Positions 1 through 10,149 of a stretch of 64,000 nt of DNA are shown in pieces (within the stretch, counting starts at the first letter, position 1; every line of letters starts with the position of its first letter). Source of the stretch: Arenicellales bacterium (GTDB taxonomy: Bacteria > Pseudomonadota > Gammaproteobacteria > Arenicellales > Poriferihabitantaceae); assembly GCA_965116595.1 (NCBI GenBank), contig OZ220708.1:1590875-1654874 (forward strand), given 5' to 3'. The notes beneath the pieces were generated by a model, which searched no databases, was not told the origin of the DNA, and saw nothing but the letters and a program-made list of their open reading frames with translations. Made by a program: the position numbers and the translations under genes.

Positions 1-504
1 CTCGATCAGAGCTATCCTGTGCCGCAACATATCTGTGAGCTTACCCATGATCTGATTCAACAGGGCGCTTTGAAGTTTGATCCTGAAGTGCATGATGACA
101 AGGTGATCACATTCCATGACTCCTGCAATGTTTCGCGGGGATCACGTATGGGCAGCATGCCGGGTGGACAGTTCATTATACCGCGGCAGATTATCAAGGC
201 ATGCAGTCGCCATTTTGTAGAAATGGCGCCGGATACGATTCGTGAGAATACCTTTTGCTGTGGTGGAGGGGGCGGACTGCTGACCGATGATCTGCTGGAA
301 CTCAGGGTAAAGGGCGCGATGCCAAGGGTTCAGGCGTTGCAACAGGTGATTGAAGATCACGGTGTCACCCACATGGCTGCGATCTGCGCAATATGCAAAA
401 GCCAGTTCACAAAGGTTCTGCCGATGTACGGCATGGGCATGGATATGGTGGTCAGTGTGCACCAACTGGTTGGTGATGCGCTGATCATGCAGACCGAGCA
501 CTAG
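1..504 (+). CDS. dsrK: DsrK, C-terminal part (CCG-domain Fe-S subunit of DsrMKJOP); truncated by window edge
   Basis: Frame open from base 1; FHDSCN and CCGGGGG motifs, CAICK; directly upstream of dsrL-J-O-P-N. Confidence 0.92.
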   Translation, partial: LDQSYPVPQHICELTHDLIQQGALKFDPEVHDDKVITFHDSCNVSRGSRMGSMPGGQFIIPRQIIKACSRHFVEMAPDTIRENTFCCGGGGGLLTDDLLELRVKGAMPRVQALQQVIEDHGVTHMAAICAICKSQFTKVLPMYGMGMDMVVSVHQLVGDALIMQTEH

Positions 505-538
505 AAAATGATGATGTTATATAAGTCCGGAAGCTGAA

Positions 539-2491
539 ATGTCAAAAGCAACAGAGCAGGAAAAAAAGCCAACCTTCAGGAAATTCAGGGAGGGCGCATT
601 CAAGTGGGCAAACTATCAGGACGATATCTTTAATGAAGACACCTCCCATAAATGCCCCACTTACGTCAATCGCACGCCGCCGTGCCAGGGCAGTTGTCCT
701 TCGGGCGAGGATATTCGGGGGTGGTTGCAGATTATCCGTGGTATTGAAAAGCCGCCGGGCGATATGAGTTGGCAAGAGTATGCATTTCGCCGCTCAACCG
801 ATGCCAATCCATTCCCCTCGATGATGGGCCGGGTATGTCCCGCCCCTTGTGAAGCGGGCTGTAACCGCAATAATGTGGATGACTTTGTCGGCATCAATGC
901 AGTCGAACAATATATTGGTGATACCGCTTTTGATGAAAACTTCAGGTTTGAGACTGCGCCGCCTCTCAATCAACAACGTGTTGCCGTCATCGGCGGCGGG
1001 CCGGCCGGGCTGGCCGCAGCTTATCAGTTAAGGCGAAAAGGCTATGGCTCGGTGATTATCGAGAGGCAGGCGGAGCTTGGTGGTATGTTCCGTTACGGGA
1101 TTCCGGGATATCGAACGCCAAGGAGCGTACTTGATCATGAGATTCAGCGGATACTGGATCTCGACGGTATCGAGGTCAGATTGAATACCCGGGTGGGTAC
1201 TGACATCACTGTGCAGCAACTCGAAAGTGACTATGATGCAATCATCTGGGCGATTGGCTGCCAAAGCGGCAACGGTTTGCCTCTTGAAGGCTGGGATGAC
1301 GCACCGAATTGTGTCAGTGGCGTTGCCTTCCTGGAGGCTTTCAATAAAGGCCACATGAAGGTCACGGCTGAAAAGGTGGTCTGCGTCGGTGGCGGCGATA
1401 CTTCGATCGACGTGGTTTCGGTGGCTCGTCGATTGGGCAAGATAGTGAATATCAACCAGAAGGATCGTCCGGAGGAAGTCATTGGCGGGTACACGGCCCA
1501 TGATGCGGCGATGGTTGCACGCAGACAGGGTTGCGATGTGACCCTGACCGCGTTGTTCAAGCGCCAGAATATGACAGCATCGGAAATCGAGGTGGAAGAC
1601 GCCACTACGGAAGGTGTCAATATCATTGATGGCGTGATGCCGGTTGAAATTCTGATTGGTGACACTGGCAGAGCAGTTGGACTGAAGATGGCGCAGTGCG
1701 AAATGGACAATAAAGGTACGCCTGTGGCTGTCGAGGGTACGGAATTCGAGTTGGAAGCGGATTTGCTCGTCTCTGCAATCGGACAGGGCGGTGATCTCGA
1801 AGGTATCGAGGATCTGGGTAACCAGCGAAACCTGATCAATGCCGATCCTGGTTTCCGGGTGCCTGACCGGCCAGGACATTTTGTTGCGGGAGATATTGTT
1901 CGTCCCCATTTGTTGACCACTGCGATCGGTCAAGCCTCCATCGCTGCGACCAGCGCAATCGGTTATATGGCAGGGAACGACCCATCAAGGCGCCCCAGGG
2001 TGGATGTACATCACTTCAATTTGCTGAACAAATTGAACGAGCAGGGCCTGGAGGTGAGTGAATACGACAAAAGCCAGGTGCATGGTACCGACAGCGCCGG
2101 ATTTGCGGTACATAATTACGAGGATCGTTCCGCCAATGAAATCATTCCATCAGACGAATTGTTTCTTGCCCACTTCAAGCCTGAGGAACGAAATAAACGG
2201 ACCTCGGTGGTGCCCGATGCGGATCAGGTCCTGGGTCACTTCGAGGAACGTCACATGATCCTGAGTGAAGAACAGGCAGTGGCGGAGTCGAACCGATGTA
2301 TGAGTTGCGGCATGTGTTTTGAGTGCGATAATTGTGTGATCTACTGCCCGCAAATAGCTGTTTTCCGCGTCAAGAAAGACAAAGCCACGCTCGGTCGTTA
2401 TGTCGATACCGACTACAGCAAATGCATTGGCTGTCACATCTGTGCCGATGTCTGCCCTTCTGGATATATTGACATGGGTCTCGGAAAATAA
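539..2491 (+). CDS. dsrL: DsrL iron-sulfur flavoprotein (NAD(P)H:acceptor oxidoreductase of reverse Dsr)
   Basis: GltD-like N-terminal Cys cluster (PCQGSCP, GRVCPAPCE), GGGPAG FAD motif, C-terminal ferredoxin (CMSCGMCFECDNC, CIGCHICADVCP); dsr context. Confidence 0.95.
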   Translation: MSKATEQEKKPTFRKFREGAFKWANYQDDIFNEDTSHKCPTYVNRTPPCQGSCPSGEDIRGWLQIIRGIEKPPGDMSWQEYAFRRSTDANPFPSMMGRVCPAPCEAGCNRNNVDDFVGINAVEQYIGDTAFDENFRFETAPPLNQQRVAVIGGGPAGLAAAYQLRRKGYGSVIIERQAELGGMFRYGIPGYRTPRSVLDHEIQRILDLDGIEVRLNTRVGTDITVQQLESDYDAIIWAIGCQSGNGLPLEGWDDAPNCVSGVAFLEAFNKGHMKVTAEKVVCVGGGDTSIDVVSVARRLGKIVNINQKDRPEEVIGGYTAHDAAMVARRQGCDVTLTALFKRQNMTASEIEVEDATTEGVNIIDGVMPVEILIGDTGRAVGLKMAQCEMDNKGTPVAVEGTEFELEADLLVSAIGQGGDLEGIEDLGNQRNLINADPGFRVPDRPGHFVAGDIVRPHLLTTAIGQASIAATSAIGYMAGNDPSRRPRVDVHHFNLLNKLNEQGLEVSEYDKSQVHGTDSAGFAVHNYEDRSANEIIPSDELFLAHFKPEERNKRTSVVPDADQVLGHFEERHMILSEEQAVAESNRCMSCGMCFECDNCVIYCPQIAVFRVKKDKATLGRYVDTDYSKCIGCHICADVCPSGYIDMGLGK

Positions 2492-2512
2492 GATCAGGGC
2501 AGTGGACTGATC

Positions 2513-2914
2513 ATGATATTTTTCTTTCGAATGACAGGACTGGTTTTGATATCCGGCATGATCGGCCTTTCTCACTCATCCCGGTCTTATGATCAACTGC
2601 CGCAGTCAGTTCTGAATCTCCCGAAGGCGGTCAAGGGTGATAGCTGTGTTGCGCCGGTTGAAGAGATGCGACGGAACCACATGGAGATGCTTTTCCACCA
2701 GCGTGATCAAACCATGTATTTTGGTGAGCGTGATGCCGAACACAGCCTGATCGGGTGTCTGTCCTGTCATACCCAAAAAGATGCCGGGGGGGAATACATT
2801 CCGATCAATGCTCCCGGCCAGTTTTGTCAGGAATGCCATTCCTATACGGCAGTAAAGATGGACTGCTTTCAATGTCATGCCGCCACTCCTGTACGGACGA
2901 CTTCCAATAAATGA
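2513..2914 (+). CDS. dsrJ: DsrJ triheme cytochrome c
   Basis: Three CxxCH motifs (CLSCH, CQECH, CFQCH), RRNHM..L.HQRD..M motif. Confidence 0.93.
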   Translation: MIFFFRMTGLVLISGMIGLSHSSRSYDQLPQSVLNLPKAVKGDSCVAPVEEMRRNHMEMLFHQRDQTMYFGERDAEHSLIGCLSCHTQKDAGGEYIPINAPGQFCQECHSYTAVKMDCFQCHAATPVRTTSNK

Positions 2915-3651
2915 GTAATTTGAGCAAGCCCACCCACTCGCGCAGGACAGTCCTGAAACAGTCCGGTATCTTACTTGCCGGTCTGGTATCAGGAATAAAG
3001 CTGGTTGACCTTGCGATGGCGGCTACGAAGACCGAAGCAAGCGACCAGCTTGTCCGATGGGGCATGCTGGTGGATGCAACCCGGTGCGCGGATGGTTGTA
3101 CCGACTGTGTCGATGCCTGCAATACGGAACACGGACTGACCGGCAAAGGCCGCCCTCAGACCGATGCACAGTATATTCGTGTCGTTGATCTGAAAGATAA
3201 ATCCACCGGGCACACTACTTCACTGCCGTTGATGTGCCAGCATTGTGAAACCGCGCCGTGTGTCGATGTCTGCCCGACCGGGGCATCTTTTCGAAGAGAG
3301 GATGGGGTCGTGCTGGTGGATAAACACACTTGCATTGGCTGTCGCTATTGCATGTTGGCCTGTCCCTACAAAGCGCGTTCGTTCATTCACGAAAATCTGA
3401 CCGATCAGGTACCAACCACCCCCCGTGGCAAGGGTACGGTGGAGTCCTGCAATTTTTGCACTCATCGGGTGGATCGCGGTGGAACCCCAGCCTGCGTTGA
3501 AGCCTGTGACGCCAACGGTCACAAGGCCCTGGTGTTTGGTGATATGAATGACCCGGACAGCGAGTTGTCCAGGCAACTACGGGAAAAAACCTCTGTGCAG
3601 ATTCGTGCAGACCTCAACCTCAATACCGGGGTGCGTTACCATGGCGTTTGA
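2911..3651 (+). CDS. dsrO: DsrO periplasmic 4Fe-4S protein
   Basis: Tat-like SRRTVLK, CADGCTDC, CQHCETAPCVDVCP, CIGCRYCMLACPY, CNFC. Confidence 0.93.
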   Translation: MSNLSKPTHSRRTVLKQSGILLAGLVSGIKLVDLAMAATKTEASDQLVRWGMLVDATRCADGCTDCVDACNTEHGLTGKGRPQTDAQYIRVVDLKDKSTGHTTSLPLMCQHCETAPCVDVCPTGASFRREDGVVLVDKHTCIGCRYCMLACPYKARSFIHENLTDQVPTTPRGKGTVESCNFCTHRVDRGGTPACVEACDANGHKALVFGDMNDPDSELSRQLREKTSVQIRADLNLNTGVRYHGV

Positions 3652-3678
3652 CCTGGACCCCTGGGCCGCCACCTGAGC

Positions 3679-4863
3679 TTGATGAAGCGGATCACTTATA
3701 CCCCTCTGGCATATAATTGCAGGCTGTACTGGATGTTGCTGGTCGGTTTTGCGATCCTCACCTTGAACGGTTTGTATTTTGCATGGTTCATGGAACATCA
3801 TGGTCACTGGGTGACCGGTATGAACAATCAGATTGTCTGGGGGTTGCCGCATGTTTTTGCGATTTTCCTGATCGTCACCGCATCGGGTGTCCTGAACATC
3901 GCATCGCTGTCATCCGTATTTGGGAAACCCGCATACAAGGCATGGGCAAGATTGTCAGGACTGCTTGCGATTACCTTGCTGGCTGGAGGCCTGATGGTGC
4001 TGGTACTCGACCTCGGTCGGCCTGATCGCCTGATCATTGCCATGACCCACTACAACTTCAAATCAATTTTTGCCTGGAACATTTTTCTCTATACCGGGTT
4101 TGTGCTGGTTGTCGCGGTCTATCTGTGGATGATGTTCGAGCCGAAGATGGCGCAAAAAGTAAACCCGGTGGGTCGGGTCGCCTTTGTCTGGCGAATCATT
4201 CTGACCACCGGGACTGGATCAATCTTCGGGGTGATCATCGCCCGTCAAGCCTATGATACCGTCATCCTGGCCCCCTTGTTCATTGCCATGTCATTGAGTT
4301 TCGGCGCCGCATTTTTCGTAACTTACCTGTTTGCCTTGAGGCAACCCGTTTTTACCGGTGATTCAGACTTGCTCCTGAAATTACGGAAGCTGCTGATAAT
4401 ATTTATCTGTTCGGTCTTGCTGATCACAATGATTTTTCACATCACAAAAGCCTGGGACACGGCGACCCGGGATTACGAGCGGTTCATTTTGCTTGACGGC
4501 GGTCTGTTGACTGCATTGTTCTGGGCAGGGTCTATCGTGCTCGGTATGCTGGCGCCGATTTTGCTGCTTTCGGGTACGGGCGGCGCCGCTTCAAGCCGAA
4601 TACTGTCCGCTTGTGTCCTGCACATCCTGGGCGGCCTGGTCCATCTTTACGTGATCATTATCGGTGGGCAGGCGTATCCTTCTGTGCTTTTTCAGAACAA
4701 GGAAATTTCAAGCAGTTTTTATGATGGCGCTATTGCAGGTTATTGCCCTTCATTTGCTGAACTGTCGCTTGGCCTGGGCGGAATGTCGCTTGCAATTGCT
4801 GCAAGTTTGCTGGTGATCCGGGTTTTGCCCTTTTTACCTGAAAACAGCCCATCTCCCGATTAG
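3679..4863 (+). CDS. dsrP: DsrP NrfD/PsrC-family membrane subunit
   Basis: Polytopic membrane protein, WGLPH and DLGRPDR motifs, follows dsrO. Confidence 0.93.
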   Translation: MMKRITYTPLAYNCRLYWMLLVGFAILTLNGLYFAWFMEHHGHWVTGMNNQIVWGLPHVFAIFLIVTASGVLNIASLSSVFGKPAYKAWARLSGLLAITLLAGGLMVLVLDLGRPDRLIIAMTHYNFKSIFAWNIFLYTGFVLVVAVYLWMMFEPKMAQKVNPVGRVAFVWRIILTTGTGSIFGVIIARQAYDTVILAPLFIAMSLSFGAAFFVTYLFALRQPVFTGDSDLLLKLRKLLIIFICSVLLITMIFHITKAWDTATRDYERFILLDGGLLTALFWAGSIVLGMLAPILLLSGTGGAASSRILSACVLHILGGLVHLYVIIIGGQAYPSVLFQNKEISSSFYDGAIAGYCPSFAELSLGLGGMSLAIAASLLVIRVLPFLPENSPSPD

Positions 4864-4869
4864 CCCCTG

Positions 4870-6273
4870 ATGGCAACGCCAGATCAACACATGCCTGGCT
4901 TCTATCTTTCCGCTGCCCGAAAGTCTTCCGGCAAAACGATTGTGTCAATCGGCATTTGCGCTGCTCTTGTCGCGCGCAACAGAAAGGTTCAGCCATTCAA
5001 GAAAGGGCCTGATTACATAGACCCGTTGTGGTTGAGCCAGGCTGCCGGAACCCACTGTTATAACCTGGATTTCAATACGCAGAGTCCCGAGCAGATAGTC
5101 CGGTTTTTTTCGCGTCGATCCAGTGGTTCAGACATGGTTGTCATCGAGGGCAACAAGGGGCTGTATGATGGTGTTTCGATTGACGGGCATGACAGCAACG
5201 CTGCGCTGGCGAAACTGTTGGCGTTGCCCGTAGTATTGGCGCTTGATACCCGGGGAATCACCCGCGGTATTGCGCCGTTGCTCCTCGGATACCAGCAGTT
5301 TGATCCGGATATACACTTCAAGGGCGTTATCCTGAACAGGGTTGCTGGCTCCAGGCACGAACAAAAACTGAGAGCGAACATCGAGACGTATACCGATTTT
5401 CAAGTAATCGGCTCGATACCGAACGATGACCGCTTGTTGATCGATGAAAGGCATCTCGGACTTACGCCCAGTAACGAGGTCGACCGGACAGAGGTCAGGA
5501 TTGAGGCGATCAGGGATGTTATTGAAGACAGTGTGGATGTTGATCTTCTTGTTCCGGACAAATCAGGACCTCGACGGGCAGAGCATGAAAAGGCAGCCAA
5601 AAGTGTGATGTCCGGGCACAAGGTAACCGATGTGTGCATCGGCGTGCCGAAAGATCCTGCATTCGGTTTTTACTATGCGGATGATCTCCAGGCATTTTCA
5701 GACAATGGCGCCGAAATTGTCCATTTCAGTACAATAGAAGATGATGGCATACCCGAGGGACTTGATGGCTTGTTTATTGGCGGTGGTTTCCCGGAAATTT
5801 ATCTGGACGAACTCAGCAGTAATTCAGCCATGCGGCAATCAGTACTCGAATTCATCAATGCCGACGGTCCGGTCTATGCTGAATGCGGCGGGCTGATGTA
5901 TCTGGCAAATTCAATACGATGGAATGGCAGGCAGGTGGGCATGGTCGGCGCGTTGCCGGTTAATGTGGTGATGGAGGACAGGCCTGTGGGCCGTGGATAT
6001 GTCAAATTGCGTGAAACCGGTGATTCGATCTGGGGGGGGCTGGTGGCGGCGGATGAGACCATTCATGCCCATGAGTTTCACTATTCCAGAGTTGAAATAA
6101 CCGGAGACATCGATCATTTTGCTTTTGAGGTCAAGCGCGGATGGGGACTGGATGGGAAGCGTGACGGCATGGTTTGCAAAAACGTTCTGGCAGGTTATTC
6201 CCATTTGCGATCGACGGGTGGTGTAGACTGGGTATCGAGGTTTGTAGATTTTGTAAGACAATGCAAAACCTGA
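4870..6273 (+). CDS. dsrN: DsrN siroheme amidase (CbiA/CobB-like)
   Basis: KSSGKT, FKKGPDYIDP, IEGNKGLYDG, YAECGGLMYL, HAHEFHYS; dsr operon position. Confidence 0.9.
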   Translation: MATPDQHMPGFYLSAARKSSGKTIVSIGICAALVARNRKVQPFKKGPDYIDPLWLSQAAGTHCYNLDFNTQSPEQIVRFFSRRSSGSDMVVIEGNKGLYDGVSIDGHDSNAALAKLLALPVVLALDTRGITRGIAPLLLGYQQFDPDIHFKGVILNRVAGSRHEQKLRANIETYTDFQVIGSIPNDDRLLIDERHLGLTPSNEVDRTEVRIEAIRDVIEDSVDVDLLVPDKSGPRRAEHEKAAKSVMSGHKVTDVCIGVPKDPAFGFYYADDLQAFSDNGAEIVHFSTIEDDGIPEGLDGLFIGGGFPEIYLDELSSNSAMRQSVLEFINADGPVYAECGGLMYLANSIRWNGRQVGMVGALPVNVVMEDRPVGRGYVKLRETGDSIWGGLVAADETIHAHEFHYSRVEITGDIDHFAFEVKRGWGLDGKRDGMVCKNVLAGYSHLRSTGGVDWVSRFVDFVRQCKT

Positions 6274-6312
6274 TGCTGTCTTTATCAATCATCAAATCAC
6301 AGTATAATTCAC

Positions 6313-7008
6313 TTGAACCCAGAGATTGACCAGCGATCATTAATCATGCTTTCGGATCAGGAACAATCAATTCAACAGTCCCGTATGCTGGAAAGGACCG
6401 ATCTTGCCCATGAGTTGCATGATTCCCTGGCCCAGACACTGGCCAGTGTTCGTTACTACATTCGTAATCTCGATCATGCGATTCAAGGCGGGGATGAGTG
6501 TGAAATCTACGAACTGCTGGAAGTGGTGGAAGATAACGTGGAGATCGCAAATACCGAGTTGCGTGCGCTGATCAGCCGATTCCGTGCACCGATAGAGGAA
6601 GACAGTTTCATCCCGGCCATCGAAGGCATCATTCGCAAATTCCGGAATGAGACAGGCCTGAATGCGGTTTTTCAGAACCGGCTTGGAGAGCCTGATTTTC
6701 CACCCGTCGTGGTCACCCAGGTGGTCAGGATCGTCCAGGAAGCAATGGCGAATATTCGCAAGCATGCCAAGGCGCACATGATTCGCGTGATGCTGTATTT
6801 CGAATCGGAATGCCATCATCTGCTGGTCGAAGATGATGGCATCGGTTTTGATCAGGAAATGTTGCCGGACGGCAAGAACGAGCATTTCGGTTTGAAGGTA
6901 ATGCGTGAACGAGCTGCCCGAATTGGCGGCGAACTCGGTATTGACAGTGTTCCCGGAGAAGGCACCCGAATTCGCCTTGTATTTCCTGAACAGGGACAAT
7001 TCCGATGA
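6313..7008 (+). CDS. NarX-type histidine kinase (HisKA_3 + HATPase_c only, no sensor domain)
   Basis: AHELHDSLAQ H-box, EAMANIRKHA N-box, DDGIGF and HFGL G-boxes; start uncertain (TTG 6313 or ATG 6346). Confidence 0.85.
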   Translation: MNPEIDQRSLIMLSDQEQSIQQSRMLERTDLAHELHDSLAQTLASVRYYIRNLDHAIQGGDECEIYELLEVVEDNVEIANTELRALISRFRAPIEEDSFIPAIEGIIRKFRNETGLNAVFQNRLGEPDFPPVVVTQVVRIVQEAMANIRKHAKAHMIRVMLYFESECHHLLVEDDGIGFDQEMLPDGKNEHFGLKVMRERAARIGGELGIDSVPGEGTRIRLVFPEQGQFR

Positions 7009-7646
7009 AATTGCTTGTAATTGATGACCACATGTTATTCCGGGCCGGATTGAAAAGCCTGCTGGAGCGAAGAAAAATTGATGTGTTTGAGGCCGGAGAT
7101 GGAGGGACAGGGATAGAATTGCTGGCCACGGAAGAGTTTGAAATCATTCTGCTTGACTTGAGAATGCCGGATATGAGCGGGCTCGAAGTTCTGCATTGGC
7201 TGCGACAGGCGCGGATCAAAACCCCTGTTGTCATGTTGTCAACCTCCAGCGAAGAAAAGGATCTGATTGAATCCCTGCGGCTCGGTGCACAGGGTTATCT
7301 GCTGAAGGATATGGATCCGGATGATCTGGTCAAATCATTGAGAAATGTACTGGATGGAGAAACCGTCGTTGCTCCTGACCTGACCGGGGTATTGGCCAGT
7401 GCAGTCCAAAAAGAGGTGACCACCAGTAATTCACCCACCTTTCAGTCGGTCCGTGATGTATTGACTTCAAGAGAGATGGATGTACTGAAGGATATAACTA
7501 AAGGGTGGAGCAACAAAATTATTGCCAGAGACCTCGGCATCACTGATGGCACTGTCAAGTTGCACGTCAAATCCATTCTCAGGAAACTCAATGTCCATTC
7601 CAGGGTCGAAGCCGCCGTGATTGCAGTAGAAGAAGGACTGGGTTAA
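7005..7646 (+). CDS. NarL/LuxR-family response regulator
   Basis: Receiver domain (IDDH, LLDLRMP, GYLLK) plus LTSREMDVL..SNKIIA..TVKLHV HTH; overlaps kinase stop. Confidence 0.92.
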   Translation: MKLLVIDDHMLFRAGLKSLLERRKIDVFEAGDGGTGIELLATEEFEIILLDLRMPDMSGLEVLHWLRQARIKTPVVMLSTSSEEKDLIESLRLGAQGYLLKDMDPDDLVKSLRNVLDGETVVAPDLTGVLASAVQKEVTTSNSPTFQSVRDVLTSREMDVLKDITKGWSNKIIARDLGITDGTVKLHVKSILRKLNVHSRVEAAVIAVEEGLG

Positions 7647-7690
7647 GCGCAATCGTGCGCGTGTGCAGTTCTTCACTGGCATTCAGAACC

Positions 7691-8332
7691 ATGTCGTCCA
7701 TGTCCATCAAGCGTTACCTTGGCCGATTCGAAGGTGAAAAATTATTAACCCTGGTCGGACCATTTTGTGATCCATCGACGCCGTTGGAAGAGCCGGTCAT
7801 ATTTGTCGATGGCGGTACCCGTTGCCGAAAATCCAGTCATGGTATTGCCGTCGGTGATGGTGATTCTTTCGATGGTGAACTGGATGTATTATTGAACCCG
7901 GACAAGGATTTTTCTGATCTGGCTTTTGCCCTGGACAATATCCCGCAAGGATTTTCAGATATTCATCTGCTTGGGTTTCTGGGCGGACGACGGGATCATG
8001 AATTATTCAATTTTGGCGAGGTGCACCGGTTTTTGACAACAGCCGCACCGGTGCGGGCGCGGTTCGATGACAAGGTGGTTGTCTATTCCGCCGGACGATG
8101 GAGCTTCTGCCGTCATGGCGGATTCAGCCTCGGTGTGCTGGAAGAAACCCGGGTCAGGGTTGATGGTGATTGTCTGTATCGATGTACCGACCCGACGCTG
8201 TTCAAACCGTTCACTTCGCTGGGTTTGAGTAATATCGGAAGTGGTACAATACGGCTGGAGTGTTCTCAGCCGGTTTTTGTCTTTTTTGTGGATCTGGAAT
8301 ACTCGGCAAACCGTCCCGATCACCCGCGCTGA
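7691..8332 (+). CDS. Thiamine pyrophosphokinase-like protein
   Basis: VDGG, GDGDS, KDFSDL, GGRRDH motifs match the TPK/ThiN catalytic domain; start uncertain. Confidence 0.7.
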   Translation: MSSMSIKRYLGRFEGEKLLTLVGPFCDPSTPLEEPVIFVDGGTRCRKSSHGIAVGDGDSFDGELDVLLNPDKDFSDLAFALDNIPQGFSDIHLLGFLGGRRDHELFNFGEVHRFLTTAAPVRARFDDKVVVYSAGRWSFCRHGGFSLGVLEETRVRVDGDCLYRCTDPTLFKPFTSLGLSNIGSGTIRLECSQPVFVFFVDLEYSANRPDHPR

Positions 8333-8340
8333 TCTTTGTC

Positions 8341-9213
8341 ATGACTGACCTGTTCGACTTCCAACCAGAATCTTCTGCCTTTGCAGTGATAGGAAATCCG
8401 GTCGCACACAGCCTGTCGCCGCTGATACACGGTTTGTTCGCCCGGCAATTCGGGATATTGCTCAGCTATGACCGGATCCAGGTGGATACCGGCGGCTTTG
8501 AGCAGGCAGTGAGCCATTTCTGCGCCCACGGTGGTGCGGGACTTAACATTACCATCCCTTACAAGGTTGAAGCCTGGCATATGTGCGGTCAGGGGAAGCA
8601 TAGTCTGTCAGCAAGAGCGGACCTCGCCCGGGCCGTGAATACCCTGAGCATCGAAAAGTCAGGAAAAATCCATGGTGACAATACCGATGGGGCAGGACTG
8701 GTGACCGATCTCCAGAAAAATCTCGGGGTTTCCCTGCACAATAAAAACCTGCTGGTAATTGGCGCCGGCGGCGCTGTCCGCGGCGTTCTTGGTCCGCTTC
8801 TTGAATGCCGCCCGGCTTCAATCTCGGTCGTGAATCGTACATTTACTAAAGCCGGTGATCTGGTAGAAGCATTCTCCAATACTGTGGACAGTAGCCGTAC
8901 ACTGCTTGAGAGTAGCCGTATTGAGGATTGCGTCAGGCAACGTTATGATCTGATTATCAACGGCACCGCAGCCAGCCTGGCCGGAACGTTGCCGGGAATC
9001 AGCGGGGCCTGCATCAATTCGGGTACGATCGTCTATGATATGGTGTATGGTTCCTGGCCGACAGTTTTCATGAAGTGGGCATTGTCCGAGGGTGCGGACC
9101 AGGCCCATGATGGTTTGGGAATGCTGGTCGAACAGGCAGCGGAATCATTTTTTGCATGGCATCGCAAAGCCCCGGATACGGAACCTGTTATCCAGGCAAT
9201 TCGAAAAAATTAG
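8341..9213 (+). CDS. aroE: Shikimate dehydrogenase
   Basis: GNPVAHSLSP, GLNITIPYK, AVNT, NTDG, GAGGA, DGLGMLVEQAA. Confidence 0.95.
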   Translation: MTDLFDFQPESSAFAVIGNPVAHSLSPLIHGLFARQFGILLSYDRIQVDTGGFEQAVSHFCAHGGAGLNITIPYKVEAWHMCGQGKHSLSARADLARAVNTLSIEKSGKIHGDNTDGAGLVTDLQKNLGVSLHNKNLLVIGAGGAVRGVLGPLLECRPASISVVNRTFTKAGDLVEAFSNTVDSSRTLLESSRIEDCVRQRYDLIINGTAASLAGTLPGISGACINSGTIVYDMVYGSWPTVFMKWALSEGADQAHDGLGMLVEQAAESFFAWHRKAPDTEPVIQAIRKN

Positions 9214-9227
9214 CCGGCAGGAAAGAC

Positions 9228-10136
9228 ATGGCACAGACATTTGGAAAAACCCTGGTGATTGCGATTTCTTCAAGGACACTGTTTGATCTGTCCGAGAGTC
9301 ACCGGGTTTTTGAAAAAGAAGGCATTGACGCTTATTGCAAATACCAGATCCGTCGTGAGACAGAAAAGCTGGAGCCGGGCATCGCTTTTCCGATGGTCAG
9401 GAAATTTCTTTCTCTGAACCGGAATACCGACAAGAATGCCCCGCATGTGGAAATTGTCCTGGTGTCGAGAAACAGTGCGGATACGGGTTTGCGCATATTC
9501 AATTCGATTCAGCATTATGGGCTCGATATCACCCGTGCCGCTTTTACCGGGGGCAGTATTGCTTATCCTTATGTCGAAGCATTCGGCGCCGATTTATTCC
9601 TGTCGGCTGACCAGGAAGCTGTAAGAAAGGCGCTCGATGCAGGTCATGCGGCAGCTACCATTTTACCCTCCCGGGCCGATCACTATGAGAATAATTCCGA
9701 TGGCGACCAACTGAAAATCGCGTTTGATGGCGATGCCGTCATTTTCTCTGATGAGGCAGAACAGGTTTTTCAGGAAAAAGGGTTGGCCGCTTTCGCTGAA
9801 AATGAGAAGCAGGCCGCCAATTATCCCTTGCCTGGCGGTCCTTTCAAGAAATTTCTGTCTGCCCTGCAACAGATTCAACAAAACCATGATGAGTCTCCGA
9901 TACGGACTGCCTTGATAACTGCGCGGGCGGCCCCTGCCCATGAGCGCGTGATCAAAACCCTGCGTGCGTGGGATGTGCGTATCGATGAGAGCTATTTTCT
10001 CGGCGGTATGGATAAGGCAGTGTTTCTGAAATCCTTCAAAGCGGATATATTTTTCGACGACCAGCACGGCAATTGTGAATCAGCAAGACAACATGTTCCG
10101 ACAGGGCATGTACCGAGCGGTATTGCCAACCTCTGA
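9228..10136 (+). CDS. 5'-nucleotidase (cytosolic, HAD-like PF06189 type)
   Basis: AISSRTLF, SRNSADTGLR, AFDGDAVIFSDE, IFFDDQ. Confidence 0.88.
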   Translation: MAQTFGKTLVIAISSRTLFDLSESHRVFEKEGIDAYCKYQIRRETEKLEPGIAFPMVRKFLSLNRNTDKNAPHVEIVLVSRNSADTGLRIFNSIQHYGLDITRAAFTGGSIAYPYVEAFGADLFLSADQEAVRKALDAGHAAATILPSRADHYENNSDGDQLKIAFDGDAVIFSDEAEQVFQEKGLAAFAENEKQAANYPLPGGPFKKFLSALQQIQQNHDESPIRTALITARAAPAHERVIKTLRAWDVRIDESYFLGGMDKAVFLKSFKADIFFDDQHGNCESARQHVPTGHVPSGIANL

Positions 10137-10149
10137 ACAAATGGACGGA

